Source: an uncultured virus (IMG/VR IMGVR_UViG_2061766007_000288)
Lineage: Duplodnaviria > Heunggongvirae > Uroviricota > Caudoviricetes
Reading direction: 5' to 3' (one strand)
Virus record (IMG/VR): IMGVR_UViG_2061766007_000288
DNA: 43,006 bases
A program made the position numbers and the translations under genes. This document shows, in pieces, positions 16,855 through 27,266 of the stretch. Below the pieces are notes generated by a model, which saw only the letters and a list, made by a program, of their open reading frames with translations, did no database searches and had not been told where the DNA came from. Position 1 is the stretch's first letter; each line of letters starts with the position of its first letter.

Positions 16855-17900
16855 AGTATCCACCCGATAAATGCAATAATTATGGCAACTATTGCAATGA
16901 CCGATGCGATGTTTGGACTTCTATCTCGCTTCAAATTCTCAGCCACCACGTTTCCCAGTTGTAGCCTGAGACCATCGAGCCGTTCGTTTATTGAATTATA
17001 TTTCAAGTTCACCGTTTCCAATTCGCAACGGATACCTTCCCCGCATACGTTGGCAGTATCAGCCATACTGGACCTAAATTTGTCCATTGTCTGTTCCAAC
17101 TTTTCTACCCGATCCTCATTCGCATTGAGCCGTTTTAGTGCTCCGTTCTGCACATCAAGTGCACGTTGGAACAATGACATTTGCACATAACTTTTCAATG
17201 CATGAGATACATACTTAGTAACCTCTTGCATCACCTCATCGGCATCGATATCATCCTCGTAGGTATTGTCAAATCCGGAAAGGCTATCATCCTTTACCAA
17301 TAATCCACCCTTGACAAAATCGAGTACCTTCTCGATTGCTGCCACGTCATCATCGGATGCCGGTTCAGAAACATTGGAATCCATCTCGTCACATATGCGG
17401 TTAAGCTCATCATCCATTTCCGATTCGGACAGCATCAATTCATCAGTAGGCTCGTAAATCATGATATCAAATCCGCTTTCCGTTTCACTCTTTGGCATAA
17501 ATGCATTAATTTCGGAAAGACGCCATTTACGGAATGTAAAATCAGCATTACGTTTATGTGGAGCCGCCACAACCAGTCTATGACAGTCGCATGTATCCAA
17601 TATAATCGGAAGCGTAGATTCCGTTGCAAAAATGGTACATGGCCAGGAATCTTCATCCTTGGACGCTACTTCACAAAAAATCTTAATGGTGCGTTCGTTC
17701 TTCATTGCAGCAATCTTTGGGCACACCACACCGATATATCCTGATGCGGCATTCATCATCGATTCCATGAATATGCCAGCACTTCCGGATACTTCAACCA
17801 CGATCCGTGGGTCACTTATAAGATCCTGCCGATAAAAAATATTCTGTTCAATAATATGGCCATCGCCATCCACTGCGATTATAACGTTCAAATCCATCAT
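16851..17900 (-). CDS. Protein with degenerate DHFR-like N-domain, coiled coil and C-terminal TM anchor
   Basis: Conserved in both variants; hydrophobic C-terminus. Confidence 0.7.
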   Translation of the reverse strand: MMDLNVIIAVDGDGHIIEQNIFYRQDLISDPRIVVEVSGSAGIFMESMMNAASGYIGVVCPKIAAMKNERTIKIFCEVASKDEDSWPCTIFATESTLPIILDTCDCHRLVVAAPHKRNADFTFRKWRLSEINAFMPKSETESGFDIMIYEPTDELMLSESEMDDELNRICDEMDSNVSEPASDDDVAAIEKVLDFVKGGLLVKDDSLSGFDNTYEDDIDADEVMQEVTKYVSHALKSYVQMSLFQRALDVQNGALKRLNANEDRVEKLEQTMDKFRSSMADTANVCGEGIRCELETVNLKYNSINERLDGLRLQLGNVVAENLKRDRSPNIASVIAIVAIIIAFIGWIL

Positions 17901-17909
17901 GCCATAAAA

Positions 17910-18341
17910 CTACTTCAAGTCACTCCTGAACGTGACATAAGATAGCTTAAAGACATCGACCTTGCTGTCCTTGTCGGGTACACCCTGCCCAACCGGTATA
18001 AACCGTATATTATCGAACCCGCCAACCGTATCAGCGGTGGCCATAAGTATCTTCCCGTACCTGGTATCGGGAACAGAAAATTCTACTTTAAGGATAGTCC
18101 CATCAATGTTGGCCCCTACTGAACGGGCCATCGCATGACCCTTCCATGGTTCATCCGGGCGAACACCCTTCTTCGTGCGCTCGGGCAAAGCCAAGTCCTC
18201 TACCGTGCAGCCATTGGCAGTAATCTGCGCATAGGCCGAGAGAACAGCAGTCTCGGTAAAACGAATTCCTCCGATCGTATCGACCGCGGAATCCATTATC
18301 TCGGCAGTGAACCGGGCAAGTTCCTTCTTCTTATTTGCCAT
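17910..18341 (-). CDS. Hypothetical protein, possible degenerate prohead-protease (gp21-like) fold
   Basis: DTRYGKIL...GQG...FKLSYV pattern. Confidence 0.6.
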   Translation of the reverse strand: MANKKKELARFTAEIMDSAVDTIGGIRFTETAVLSAYAQITANGCTVEDLALPERTKKGVRPDEPWKGHAMARSVGANIDGTILKVEFSVPDTRYGKILMATADTVGGFDNIRFIPVGQGVPDKDSKVDVFKLSYVTFRSDLK

Positions 18342-18624
18342 CTCCTCTCCACTTAACCAACAGGTCGTTCATACCGACCCGTTCCATAGTGCGTTCAAGG
18401 GCAAGGCGTCTACGGTTCCAGTAGTCACTCACATTGCGGAGCAGGAGGCGAACCTCCGGCCCAATTTTGGAATCATTGATTACACCGGCAGCGTCGTCAT
18501 ACATTCGACGGCAGAACTTCCATTCCGCTTCCAGTTTCGTCGTATCCCCCAACAGTATTTGCCATATTCTAGCCTGTTGGTCCGAAAACGACTTCTTGAT
18601 TGCTTCGATCTTCTGTAATTCCAT
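18331..18624 (-). CDS. Hypothetical helical protein (97 aa)
   Basis: Conserved in variant 23992-24285. Confidence 0.75.
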   Translation of the reverse strand: MELQKIEAIKKSFSDQQARIWQILLGDTTKLEAEWKFCRRMYDDAAGVINDSKIGPEVRLLLRNVSDYWNRRRLALERTMERVGMNDLLVKWRGDGK

Positions 18625-19393
18625 ACTTCTTTTTCCCTTCCTCAGTGAGGAGTTCGGCTTCAAATGCCTTCGTGAGAAGTTCCTTGTTTTCATCTGCGCG
18701 GGCAATCAGGACAGGGGCATTCTGCAACAGGTATGCCGCCTCGTTGGCCAGGTCCTTGCACTTAAACACCTTGTAGGTCGGTTCAAGTTCACTGAACCAG
18801 CACAGGTACAGGTTCTTGATTGGAATGCCGGTCTCTTCTTCAAAAATGCGCTTGTAGCAATGCAACTGCAACGAATACTCGGTGAGCTTGCACTTGTCCA
18901 AATGGGAGCATGGGGGTTCCAGGTTAAAGTCCGAACAAGTATCAAATTCGGAGTTGGTCTTCCAGTCCCAAATCTCGAAACCGCCGGACTTCACATTGTA
19001 GAAAATCTGGTCAATCATCCCACACACATTGTACTTCGGACTGCCGATGACAAGTTCCGAACGCACCCGGTGCATCTTGCCCTCGATGTCGTTGATGAAC
19101 TGTCTAACCTTTGGAATAATTGCGGAATACAACGGCTTAACCGGATCGCCCGGCATAAGGGCTTTTAGAGCAGGATACTTCTTGAAATCCTTGGCGAATT
19201 CATTGAACACGATATCCTGTGGATACGGCTGCACTTTGTTGGCAAGTGAAGTCTCAATGTACTTGTGCACGGCAGAACCCTTGGCACGGGAGATGAGGTT
19301 GTTCCGCTTCCACTGCAGGAGTAAATCGTCAGCATTTACCTTCTGCTTCTTAGCGGATTGCAACGCCACCTTCTTCTCGATGAACGGCGGGGG
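18569..19393 (-). CDS. PD-(D/E)XK exonuclease (partial, gap at 5' end)
   Basis: GSAVH, SE, GMID, DWKT, YSLQLHCY. Confidence 0.85.
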   Translation of the reverse strand, partial: PPPFIEKKVALQSAKKQKVNADDLLLQWKRNNLISRAKGSAVHKYIETSLANKVQPYPQDIVFNEFAKDFKKYPALKALMPGDPVKPLYSAIIPKVRQFINDIEGKMHRVRSELVIGSPKYNVCGMIDQIFYNVKSGGFEIWDWKTNSEFDTCSDFNLEPPCSHLDKCKLTEYSLQLHCYKRIFEEETGIPIKNLYLCWFSELEPTYKVFKCKDLANEAAYLLQNAPVLIARADENKELLTKAFEAELLTEEGKKKYGITEDRSNQEVVFGPTG

Positions 19394-19403
19394 NNNNNNN
19401 NNN

Positions 19404-19694
19404 ACGTATCATTTCGGTGCACCATTGATTGGCTTCATCAATGCCGTTCGAGTTGGAAATGGAGATCATGGGGATTTCATGTTTCACCTTCCGGAACCCT
19501 TCGGCACCATCTTCCACATGGCGAGTAGGCGAATTATCGAGGATGAATGCCGGATTTGCAGCTTCAAATTCCTTAAGCTGGATATATTTCTTGTCATAAA
19601 CATCGTCCGTGACGATAGAATTACCGGCGGAATAGGCCTTTGCCCATTCATTGAGAGTTTCCACTAGGGATACGTATTCATTAAAATCAATCAT
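19404..19694 (-). CDS. ligA: LigA N-terminal fragment (second variant, gap-truncated)
   Basis: Protein nearly identical to the N-terminus starting at 14072. Confidence 0.85.
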
Positions 19695-19778
19695 ACCCTG
19701 AATATAGCATAAATTGGCCCTGATGGCAACAAAAAACGGCCCGGAACTAGCCCGGGCCGCATCTCTCTCCTCACCAAT

Positions 19779-21116
19779 TTATCGCTGGATGCCCATCAGG
19801 TTCACGGAACCCTTGGAAACCACCTTCTTGCCATCCGTAATGAAGACATAACTTTCGGCAGGGTAGCTACTATGGAGCTTGTTCACTGCATATTCGTTCG
19901 GCCCAATCATGCTGGCGTTGAGATATACCGGCGTATTGGTACCAACAAGGGACATTTCGCCACCAATATGCCAGTGACCCATAATTACAGCATCAAAATT
20001 CTGGAATTCATCAGCCGAGAACATCCCCTTGTCCTTGAAGTTGTCACGAACGACCGTAGAGAACGGGGAAACGAATGCGCTACCGCCCTTATAACGGTCG
20101 CCATGTTCAAGTTTCCAGCGCTGCTGGCCAACTTTTGTGAACTCGACCACGGAATCGGTCAATTTCATGGACACATTCTTCGGAGATTCCGGCATGTCAT
20201 AGTATTTCTTCATGAAACCATAGAGAATATACTCGTAAGAATCCTTACCCTTGTTCTTAAACTGATACTTGTCAGTGTTGCGGGCATGGTTTCCGACCAC
20301 ACAGGAGATGGTAATCTTCTTATAGAGCTTCGAGTAAGCGTTAATCAACCCCGTAATGAAGCTGAAATAGTCCAGAACGCAGTCAGTAATCACCTGCTGG
20401 TTAGTTTCTCGAAGTTCAGCATGAATATTACCGGAAAAGATGTCACCAAGCATGAAAATATGGAGTTCATCACAGCCATATATGGAAGCAAACTCATAAT
20501 TCTTCTTGAAAAGAAGCTCATGGCGCTTCTTGGAGATTTCCATATTATAGTTGTTGAGGCCATTGATTGCACGACCATCCACAAATTCACCATAATGCAC
20601 GTCGGAAATAGGCAAAATGTTGAAGAACTTGCCATCAACATTTCCCTTCGGGACCTTAGTCACATTGAGCGTAATGGGATACGGCTTCACATGCTTCACA
20701 GATTCGCTCATCGCATCAATGATTTCCTGCGCAATGAACTTCTGAATCTTGGCTTCGTTCAATTCCTTCTGAACATTAGCCATGTCCTTGCGGAGAATGG
20801 CAAGCTGGCCTTCGGAAGCCTGATGCACGATAGATTCAAGATCATCGACTGCAATGTCGCCATCATTTTCCGCCGCACTCTTCATGCGGTTTCTCTGCTT
20901 GCGGACATTTGAACGGAATGCATCTTCCGAATCAGTCACCCACCCAAGACCCCTGAGGGTCGTGTAAAATGGATAGACCTTGTTACAGTCAAGCTTGTAG
21001 ATGTTGAGGAGTTTTTCAACCGGTGGGAGATCGGTCTTGTTGTAATGAGTGCCCGGGGTCGGTTTTCCAATCGCCTTGAGGAGCTTCTTGGAATCTACGG
21101 TTTCTTGTTTGCTCAT
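19779..21116 (-). CDS. Metallophosphoesterase (second variant)
   Basis: Same length and motifs as 14156-15493. Confidence 0.88.
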   Translation of the reverse strand: MSKQETVDSKKLLKAIGKPTPGTHYNKTDLPPVEKLLNIYKLDCNKVYPFYTTLRGLGWVTDSEDAFRSNVRKQRNRMKSAAENDGDIAVDDLESIVHQASEGQLAILRKDMANVQKELNEAKIQKFIAQEIIDAMSESVKHVKPYPITLNVTKVPKGNVDGKFFNILPISDVHYGEFVDGRAINGLNNYNMEISKKRHELLFKKNYEFASIYGCDELHIFMLGDIFSGNIHAELRETNQQVITDCVLDYFSFITGLINAYSKLYKKITISCVVGNHARNTDKYQFKNKGKDSYEYILYGFMKKYYDMPESPKNVSMKLTDSVVEFTKVGQQRWKLEHGDRYKGGSAFVSPFSTVVRDNFKDKGMFSADEFQNFDAVIMGHWHIGGEMSLVGTNTPVYLNASMIGPNEYAVNKLHSSYPAESYVFITDGKKVVSKGSVNLMGIQR

Positions 21117-21248
21117 AGTTTACTGGTTGTTGATAAGTTGTTTCTTTATGGTAGAAAACTAACATATTATTTTTCGCGTGTCAACCTTTTTGCTTCATTT
21201 TTATTTAAAAATTACGAGAATCATAAAATTTTTGCTATATTGAATACC

Positions 21249-22142
21249 ATGAAGACATTATTGGTAATCGTTTCCAAAGACCAACAGCAATATGCCGAGA
21301 AAATGAACGAGTTGATCGGCAAATTATCGGTACAGCCTGACGGTGTACTCGTTGTGCTCGACCGTCCATCGCTCGCCGAAATCAACGCCACCAAGCAAGC
21401 ATATACAAACAAGCTAACAACCGTACTTGTGTCATCATCATTGCCTGAATTCGTCGGGCGTCCACAAATGAACTTTCATGTACCGTATTTCTGTGCAGGG
21501 CATGTGAGAAACTTAGCGGCAAAATACGCCATTCAGAATGAATATGACGCCATAATCTTTATAGATGGCGACTGCTATCCCGACACAGACTTAATCAAGG
21601 CACATGCGGAATTGCTAGAATCCGATGAACCTATCGTGACTGTCGGGAAGCGGTGTGAAGCAAAATATGCCTGGCATGACCAACGCGAAAAGGACCCAAA
21701 CTACCCTATACCAATATTTGAAAAATGCGATCGGATTACAAAGGAAGCATTCTTCGTTGATTCCGGTGTCCTCTGGACATGCAACATGGGCATCAACCGT
21801 AAAGCTCTGGATTTCTTATCCTCCATAAACAAGATGCTGTATGGACGAGAAGAATTTTGTATGTCGGATTTTTGCGGAACGTGGGGCGGGGAAGACGGCT
21901 TCATTGGTCTTGAGGCATTATATCTTGACATTGCCGTTATGCCGGTATGTGTGCCAAATAGCGGAGTATTGCACAATGAGCATCCACGACCGCATGACAA
22001 ATACGACCATGAAACTTTTATAAGCTATCTTGAAGAAAAGCGTGAAGAGCTTCTATACCTATTGAAGGCAAATGGAATCGATTGTCCACGCTATACGCCC
22101 AAAGATATTATAGTCGGCAACAGGGAATGGATAGCCAAATGA
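21249..22142 (+). CDS. Glycosyltransferase family 2-like (second variant)
   Basis: FIDGDC, WGGED. Confidence 0.85.
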   Translation: MKTLLVIVSKDQQQYAEKMNELIGKLSVQPDGVLVVLDRPSLAEINATKQAYTNKLTTVLVSSSLPEFVGRPQMNFHVPYFCAGHVRNLAAKYAIQNEYDAIIFIDGDCYPDTDLIKAHAELLESDEPIVTVGKRCEAKYAWHDQREKDPNYPIPIFEKCDRITKEAFFVDSGVLWTCNMGINRKALDFLSSINKMLYGREEFCMSDFCGTWGGEDGFIGLEALYLDIAVMPVCVPNSGVLHNEHPRPHDKYDHETFISYLEEKREELLYLLKANGIDCPRYTPKDIIVGNREWIAK

Positions 22143-22474
22143 CAGTGACGAAAGAATATTTCGAGTATAAAAAGTATCCAGACAGGTTTCCTGCACTTAA
22201 ACGCTTCATGGCGTTCTGCATGAATCTAAAGCAGTCGGTTACATATCACGATGATCCGGGCTTTATCGGCATCTGCATCTATGACACAAAAGACCATCCG
22301 ATTACCAAGTACGGAAAATATACGATGTGCTACGACACTACTGCCAAGAAGGCGCTCGTGCTAGGAAGTCCTGATTGGGAAATCGGCATGTCCATGCTTT
22401 CAGGCATCATCAATAATTTCTCCCAGAAAGAGGATGAAGAACTCATCGACTCTCTGGGTGCAAACATTGGCTAA
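22139..22474 (+). CDS. Hypothetical protein (second variant)
   Basis: Homologue of 16519-16854. Confidence 0.75.
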   Translation: MTVTKEYFEYKKYPDRFPALKRFMAFCMNLKQSVTYHDDPGFIGICIYDTKDHPITKYGKYTMCYDTTAKKALVLGSPDWEIGMSMLSGIINNFSQKEDEELIDSLGANIG

Positions 22475-23526
22475 GCGAACAATCCTGCTATTGCAATAAT
22501 CAATGCAACTATTGATATGGCTATCGGCAACGCGGTAGCCTTTCTATCATTCATCACATTTTCCCTGATTACATTTCCTAGCTGAGTCTGGAGGCCGTCA
22601 AGCCGTTCGTTTATCGAATTGTATTTTAAGTTTACAGCTTCCAATTCACACCTGACGCCTTCGCTGCATACATTGTTTGTGTCAGCCATGCTGGATCTAA
22701 ACTTGTCCATGCTCTGCTGCAACGAAGACACCTGTTCCTCGGTTTTATTCAGCCGTTTAAGGGCGCCATTCTGCACGTCAAGCGACCGCTGAAATAGCGG
22801 CATCTGTACAAATCCCCTCAGAATGTTGGTTACATACTTAGTCACGTCCCTCATTACTTCATCCGAATCAAGGTCAGTTTCATAAGTATTGTCAAACCCC
22901 GAGGTAGTATCGTCACCATTGACCAGCAGGCCACCCTTGACAAATTCGAGAACCTTCTCGATGGCAGCGGCATCCTCGTCAGATGGCGGTTCAGACACTT
23001 CCGAATCCATCTCGCCACAGATGCGGTCAAGCTCGTCATCCAGTTCACTTTCCGACACCATTAAATCTTCAGTCGGCTCATATATCATGATATCATAGCC
23101 GGTTTCGTTTTCAACCTTCGGTGTAAAGGAATTCGTTTCGGCAAGACGCCACTTTCTGTATGTAAAGTCAGCATTTCGTTTACTAGGTGCAGCGACCACA
23201 AGACGATGGCATTCGCACGCATCAAGAACAATGGGGAGAGTGCTCTCGGTAGCGAATACAGTACATGGCCACGTATCCTCATCCTTCCCAGCGGCTTCGC
23301 AGAAAATCTTAAGTGTCCGGTCGTTCTTCATTGCCGCAATCTTCGGACAAACAATCCCAATATATTCAGAGGCGGATTCCATCATGGGTTCCATGAATAT
23401 GCCTGCACTCCCGGAAACCTCGACAACCACTCTAGGATCGCTTACCAATTTCCGGTCATGGAAAATATTCTTTTCAATAATACGGCCATCGCCATCAACA
23501 GCAATTATAACACTCAGATCTATCAT
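22471..23526 (-). CDS. DHFR-like/coiled-coil/TM protein (second variant)
   Basis: Homologue of 16851-17900. Confidence 0.7.
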   Translation of the reverse strand: MIDLSVIIAVDGDGRIIEKNIFHDRKLVSDPRVVVEVSGSAGIFMEPMMESASEYIGIVCPKIAAMKNDRTLKIFCEAAGKDEDTWPCTVFATESTLPIVLDACECHRLVVAAPSKRNADFTYRKWRLAETNSFTPKVENETGYDIMIYEPTEDLMVSESELDDELDRICGEMDSEVSEPPSDEDAAAIEKVLEFVKGGLLVNGDDTTSGFDNTYETDLDSDEVMRDVTKYVTNILRGFVQMPLFQRSLDVQNGALKRLNKTEEQVSSLQQSMDKFRSSMADTNNVCSEGVRCELEAVNLKYNSINERLDGLQTQLGNVIRENVMNDRKATALPIAISIVALIIAIAGLFA

Positions 23527-23535
23527 ACCGCTAAA

Positions 23536-23971
23536 CTACTTCAAGTCGCTCTTAAACGTGACATAGGACAGCTTGAACGCATCCACCACGCCATCATTAT
23601 CAGCTTTCGCCTGCCCAGCCGGTATGAACCTAATCTTGTCAAATCCACCCACTGTATCGGCGGGNNNNNNNNNNGGTCGGTTCATATATCATGATATCAT
23701 AGCCGGTTTCGTTTTCAACCTTCGGCGTAAAGGAATTCGTTTCGGCAAGGCGCCACTTTCTGTATGTAAAGTCGGCATTTCGTTTACTGGGTGCAGCGAC
23801 CACAAGACGATGGCATTCGCACGCATCAAGGACAATGGGGAGAGTGCTCTCGGTAGCGAATACCGTACACGGCCACGTATCCTCATCTTTCCCAGCGGCT
23901 TCGCAGAAAATCTTAAGTGTTCGGTCGTTCTTCATTGCCGCAATCTTCGGACAAACAATCCCAATATATTC
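23536..23971 (-). other. Gap-bounded fragments: 3' end of the gp21-like gene and a third allele of part of 22471-23526
   Basis: Sequence repeats neighbouring genes between N-runs. Confidence 0.75.
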
Positions 23972-23991
23972 NNNNNNNNNNAAGCTCTTTC

Positions 23992-24285
23992 TTACTTGCC
24001 ATCGCTCCTCCACTTAACCAGCAGGTCATTCATGCCAACACGTTCAAGTGTGCGTTCAAGCGCCAGTCGCCTGCGATTCCAGTAGTCGCTCACGTTACGA
24101 AGCAACAGGCGGACTTCCGGGCCAATTTTAGGGTCGTTGATTATCTTCGCAGCATCGTCATACACCCTGCGGCAAGATTTCCACTCAGCTTCAAGCTTCT
24201 TGGTATCACTCAGCAGGAGTTCCCACACCCGCTTCTGTTCCTCCGAGAACGACTTCTTGATTGCTTCTATCTTCTGTAAGTCCAT
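23992..24285 (-). CDS. Hypothetical helical protein (second variant)
   Basis: Homologue of 18331-18624. Confidence 0.75.
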   Translation of the reverse strand: MDLQKIEAIKKSFSEEQKRVWELLLSDTKKLEAEWKSCRRVYDDAAKIINDPKIGPEVRLLLRNVSDYWNRRRLALERTLERVGMNDLLVKWRSDGK

Positions 24286-25174
24286 ATTTCTTTCTTCCTT
24301 CCGGTGTCGATATTTCAGCTTCAAACGCTTTGGTCAGACGATTCTTCTTTTCTTCGGCATTTGCAATAAGCGTCGATGCGTTCTGCAAAAGATAGGCAGC
24401 CTCACTGGCCAAGTCCTTGCACTTGAACACCTTGTAAGTCGGTTCCGCTTCGCTAAACCAGCACAGGTAAAGGTTCTTGATAGGAATGCCCGTCTCTTCC
24501 TCAAAGATGCGCTTATAGCAGTGCAGTTGCAACGAATACTCAGTAAGCTTGCATTTATCCAAGTGACTGCATGGCGCTTCCAGGTGAAAATCCGACCTCA
24601 CGTCAAACTCGGTATTGGTCTTCCAGTCCCAGATTTCGAACCCTCCCGACTTGACATTGTAGAAAATCTGGTCAATCATCCCGCAAACCATGTATTTCGG
24701 ACTGCCGATGACAAGTTCGGAACGCACACGGTGCATCTTGCCCTCGATGTCCGCAATAAACTGTTTAACCTTCGGAATGATTCCGTTATACAAAGGCTTT
24801 ACCGGGTCGCCTGGCATGATTTCCATAAGCCCAGGAAACTTCTTGAAGTCCTTGTTAAATTCATTGAACACAATATCCTTTGGATATGGCTGCACCTTGT
24901 TGGCGAGCGAAGTTTCAATGAACTTATGGACTGCAGACCCCTTGGCACGGGAAATAAGGTTATTGCGCTTCCATTCCAGTAGCAGCTTGTTTGGATCCAC
25001 CTTCTGCTTCATCGCGGACTGAAGCACAACCTTCTGTTCAATAAACGGAGGCGTCACGGAACCAGTCACTTTTGTAACCGATACCGTCTTCTGGCCATTC
25101 ATGGTATAGCTGTGCCAATCATCATCGAAGGCAATCTTGTTGAATACGCTTGTCTTTTCGAAAAAATCAAACAT
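24206..25174 (-). CDS. PD-(D/E)XK exonuclease (complete)
   Basis: HSY...SVT, GSAVH, GMID, DWKT, LQL motifs. Confidence 0.88.
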   Translation of the reverse strand: MFDFFEKTSVFNKIAFDDDWHSYTMNGQKTVSVTKVTGSVTPPFIEQKVVLQSAMKQKVDPNKLLLEWKRNNLISRAKGSAVHKFIETSLANKVQPYPKDIVFNEFNKDFKKFPGLMEIMPGDPVKPLYNGIIPKVKQFIADIEGKMHRVRSELVIGSPKYMVCGMIDQIFYNVKSGGFEIWDWKTNTEFDVRSDFHLEAPCSHLDKCKLTEYSLQLHCYKRIFEEETGIPIKNLYLCWFSEAEPTYKVFKCKDLASEAAYLLQNASTLIANAEEKKNRLTKAFEAEISTPEGRKKYGLTEDRSNQEVVLGGTEAGVGTPAE

Positions 25175-25175
25175 C

Positions 25176-25724
25176 TTATTCCTGTAGTTCTGGTGTCCAT
25201 TTCAATAGGTGGATATACCGGCAAGCCACTTTGTAACCCGGAGGAGCCACCGGGATTGCATTCTTGTACTTTGGGCCAAGTATATGGTCCCAACACTCTT
25301 CGAGTGCGTCCTTCAAGGTATCCTCAAGCGTACAGCTGATAACGGCAGCAGCGATTTCATCACTGTCCATCTTGCGACGTTTCTGCTTAGGCATACCCGG
25401 TATCGGTGGTGCGTCCTCGATAATGAAGTCCGGATATTCCGCCTTCAGCCAAGCTTTCCATGCCGAAGCAACATTCTTCGGGAGGTTGTATGGGAACGGA
25501 CAGGTATCCTTCCCTTCTGCGGCATCTTCGGCAACTGACATATTCTTGACGAACGTAGGAATGTACGGGATGATAATCGACGGAACCAGTACACGAATGC
25601 GGGCAGAATAATGCTTCGTCGGTTGCGGCTGAGGCATGTCGTATTTCAAGTCCTTCAGGATGTACTGGACAGTGAAATCGGATATCTTTACGGCAAGCTC
25701 GGTTTCGTCACTGTCTAGCTTCAT
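25176..25724 (-). CDS. Hypothetical protein (182 aa)
   Basis: Tightly packed in operon, ATGA overlap. Confidence 0.75.
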   Translation of the reverse strand: MKLDSDETELAVKISDFTVQYILKDLKYDMPQPQPTKHYSARIRVLVPSIIIPYIPTFVKNMSVAEDAAEGKDTCPFPYNLPKNVASAWKAWLKAEYPDFIIEDAPPIPGMPKQKRRKMDSDEIAAAVISCTLEDTLKDALEECWDHILGPKYKNAIPVAPPGYKVACRYIHLLKWTPELQE

Positions 25725-26548
25725 GGCACAAGCTCCAGCAGTTGTTTCTTGGAAATATGCGACACCGTAAACAATGCATCAAACGTATGGAGTACCCCGT
25801 CAAGCCGTTCCATGTGCATCGGGTGGGAGCTAAACCGAAGTTCCTTTTCCGAAATTTCGTGTGCCCACATCAATCCAATAATGTTCATCACCGAGGAGAC
25901 AGCACCCTGCGCACCTAGACAGCACGACTGGAGGACAGCGGATGCCCAGGAATCAGCCTGACGCTCGTCATTGCGGGATATGCTGAGATTCATATCCTGT
26001 CCTTCATACGGTGCATGTCCGAGGCAGACGTGGCCGCATTCATGGGCTATGACCGACATGAGAATCGTCTTCGCGTACATCCGAGAAACTTCTTCCTGCA
26101 CACTGTCTTCATTCAGATGGAACTTGTCCCACAGTCTGAGCAAGAAATCCGTTCCGACACAGCCCATTATGGCTGAATTGCGCATCCATTTCAGCATGAC
26201 ACGAGCCTTTCGCGTGCTTCCGGTACGGTCAAGAATCGCAATAACCACCGCCAATGCACTTATCCAGTCAAGCATACCCTGGAATACTACCACCCGGTAC
26301 TTTTGTGGAATGAAATGCTTCGCCTTTTCGGGATCGGCTGGAATCTGTTCCTTGATTTCTTCCTCGGTCATCCGGGATGCATAAGCATTTACCGAAAGGT
26401 TGCCCCTAAGTTCAACCCGTGTTTCCATAGCCAGACGGGCCAGGTGGTCCCGCCGAACCTGTACCAAATCGGAATTGCAAATCGCATTGAATGCAGATGC
26501 AATATCCTGTTCACTTAAATGATAGGCCGTTCCATTCCAATTCGACAT
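25721..26548 (-). CDS. M48-like zinc metallopeptidase
   Basis: AHECGH...GH, ERQAD, SSHP...ERL. Confidence 0.8.
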   Translation of the reverse strand: MSNWNGTAYHLSEQDIASAFNAICNSDLVQVRRDHLARLAMETRVELRGNLSVNAYASRMTEEEIKEQIPADPEKAKHFIPQKYRVVVFQGMLDWISALAVVIAILDRTGSTRKARVMLKWMRNSAIMGCVGTDFLLRLWDKFHLNEDSVQEEVSRMYAKTILMSVIAHECGHVCLGHAPYEGQDMNLSISRNDERQADSWASAVLQSCCLGAQGAVSSVMNIIGLMWAHEISEKELRFSSHPMHMERLDGVLHTFDALFTVSHISKKQLLELVP

Positions 26549-26793
26549 GCTGCAATCCCCTTGTCGCTAAGGTACTTGTAGATTTTAAGAGAAAGACCGG
26601 CCTTGCCGGTTTCCTTCACAAGCATTCGCTTGATATCACGCATGCGGGATACCCTTAACCAGGTATTCCATTCCTCGTCTGTCATGTCACCACGGATTAC
26701 AGTCGTAATTCCAGGTATGGTTGACTTGAAATCTGGGACCACGACATAGCCGTCGCGAAAATCCTCAGGTAAACTCTCTTTAAGATCTGCCAT
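26515..26793 (-). CDS. Hypothetical protein
   Basis: AAGGAAG RBS and upstream TGCTATATT. Confidence 0.65.
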   Translation of the reverse strand: MADLKESLPEDFRDGYVVVPDFKSTIPGITTVIRGDMTDEEWNTWLRVSRMRDIKRMLVKETGKAGLSLKIYKYLSDKGIAACRIGMERPII

Positions 26794-26859
26794 AATAAAA
26801 ACTCTTCCTTGGCTATATTGTAAATATAGCAATATTTTTATTAAAATTATTACAAAACA

Positions 26860-27159
26860 CTAAAAACTCGCACCATTGTCCGAGTTATTAAACCAGAAAT
26901 TTGGTGCATCCATACCCTCGCTTCCAGAAATGTCGCCCCTGGCGCCACTGGAAAACGGGGAATATCGAGGACCATTGTTCGGAATGTCAAAGCCATCCGG
27001 GATAAATCCGTTGGCTATGTACCCACGTGTCCCGTCCGCGTATAGAACGAGCCGCCCAGTTCCATCAGGAGTGTCGATGTAATCGACTATCTTGGCAATC
27101 CCGTACCGTTCTTCGGGCGGGCAGCATGGAAATGGAGGAGGTAATGGCGGTCTTTGCAT
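26860..27159 (-). CDS. Hypothetical Pro/Gly-rich protein
   Basis: Preceded by TATAAACT. Confidence 0.6.
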   Translation of the reverse strand: MQRPPLPPPFPCCPPEERYGIAKIVDYIDTPDGTGRLVLYADGTRGYIANGFIPDGFDIPNNGPRYSPFSSGARGDISGSEGMDAPNFWFNNSDNGASF

Positions 27160-27266
27160 GACTGAAGTTTATAATCATTCTCGCCAGCTTAGCGCCAAGC
27201 AAAACCAATTTGATGACATGTGCAATATTTTTGATACGATTCATGCACATAATGTAGCATCTTGGC

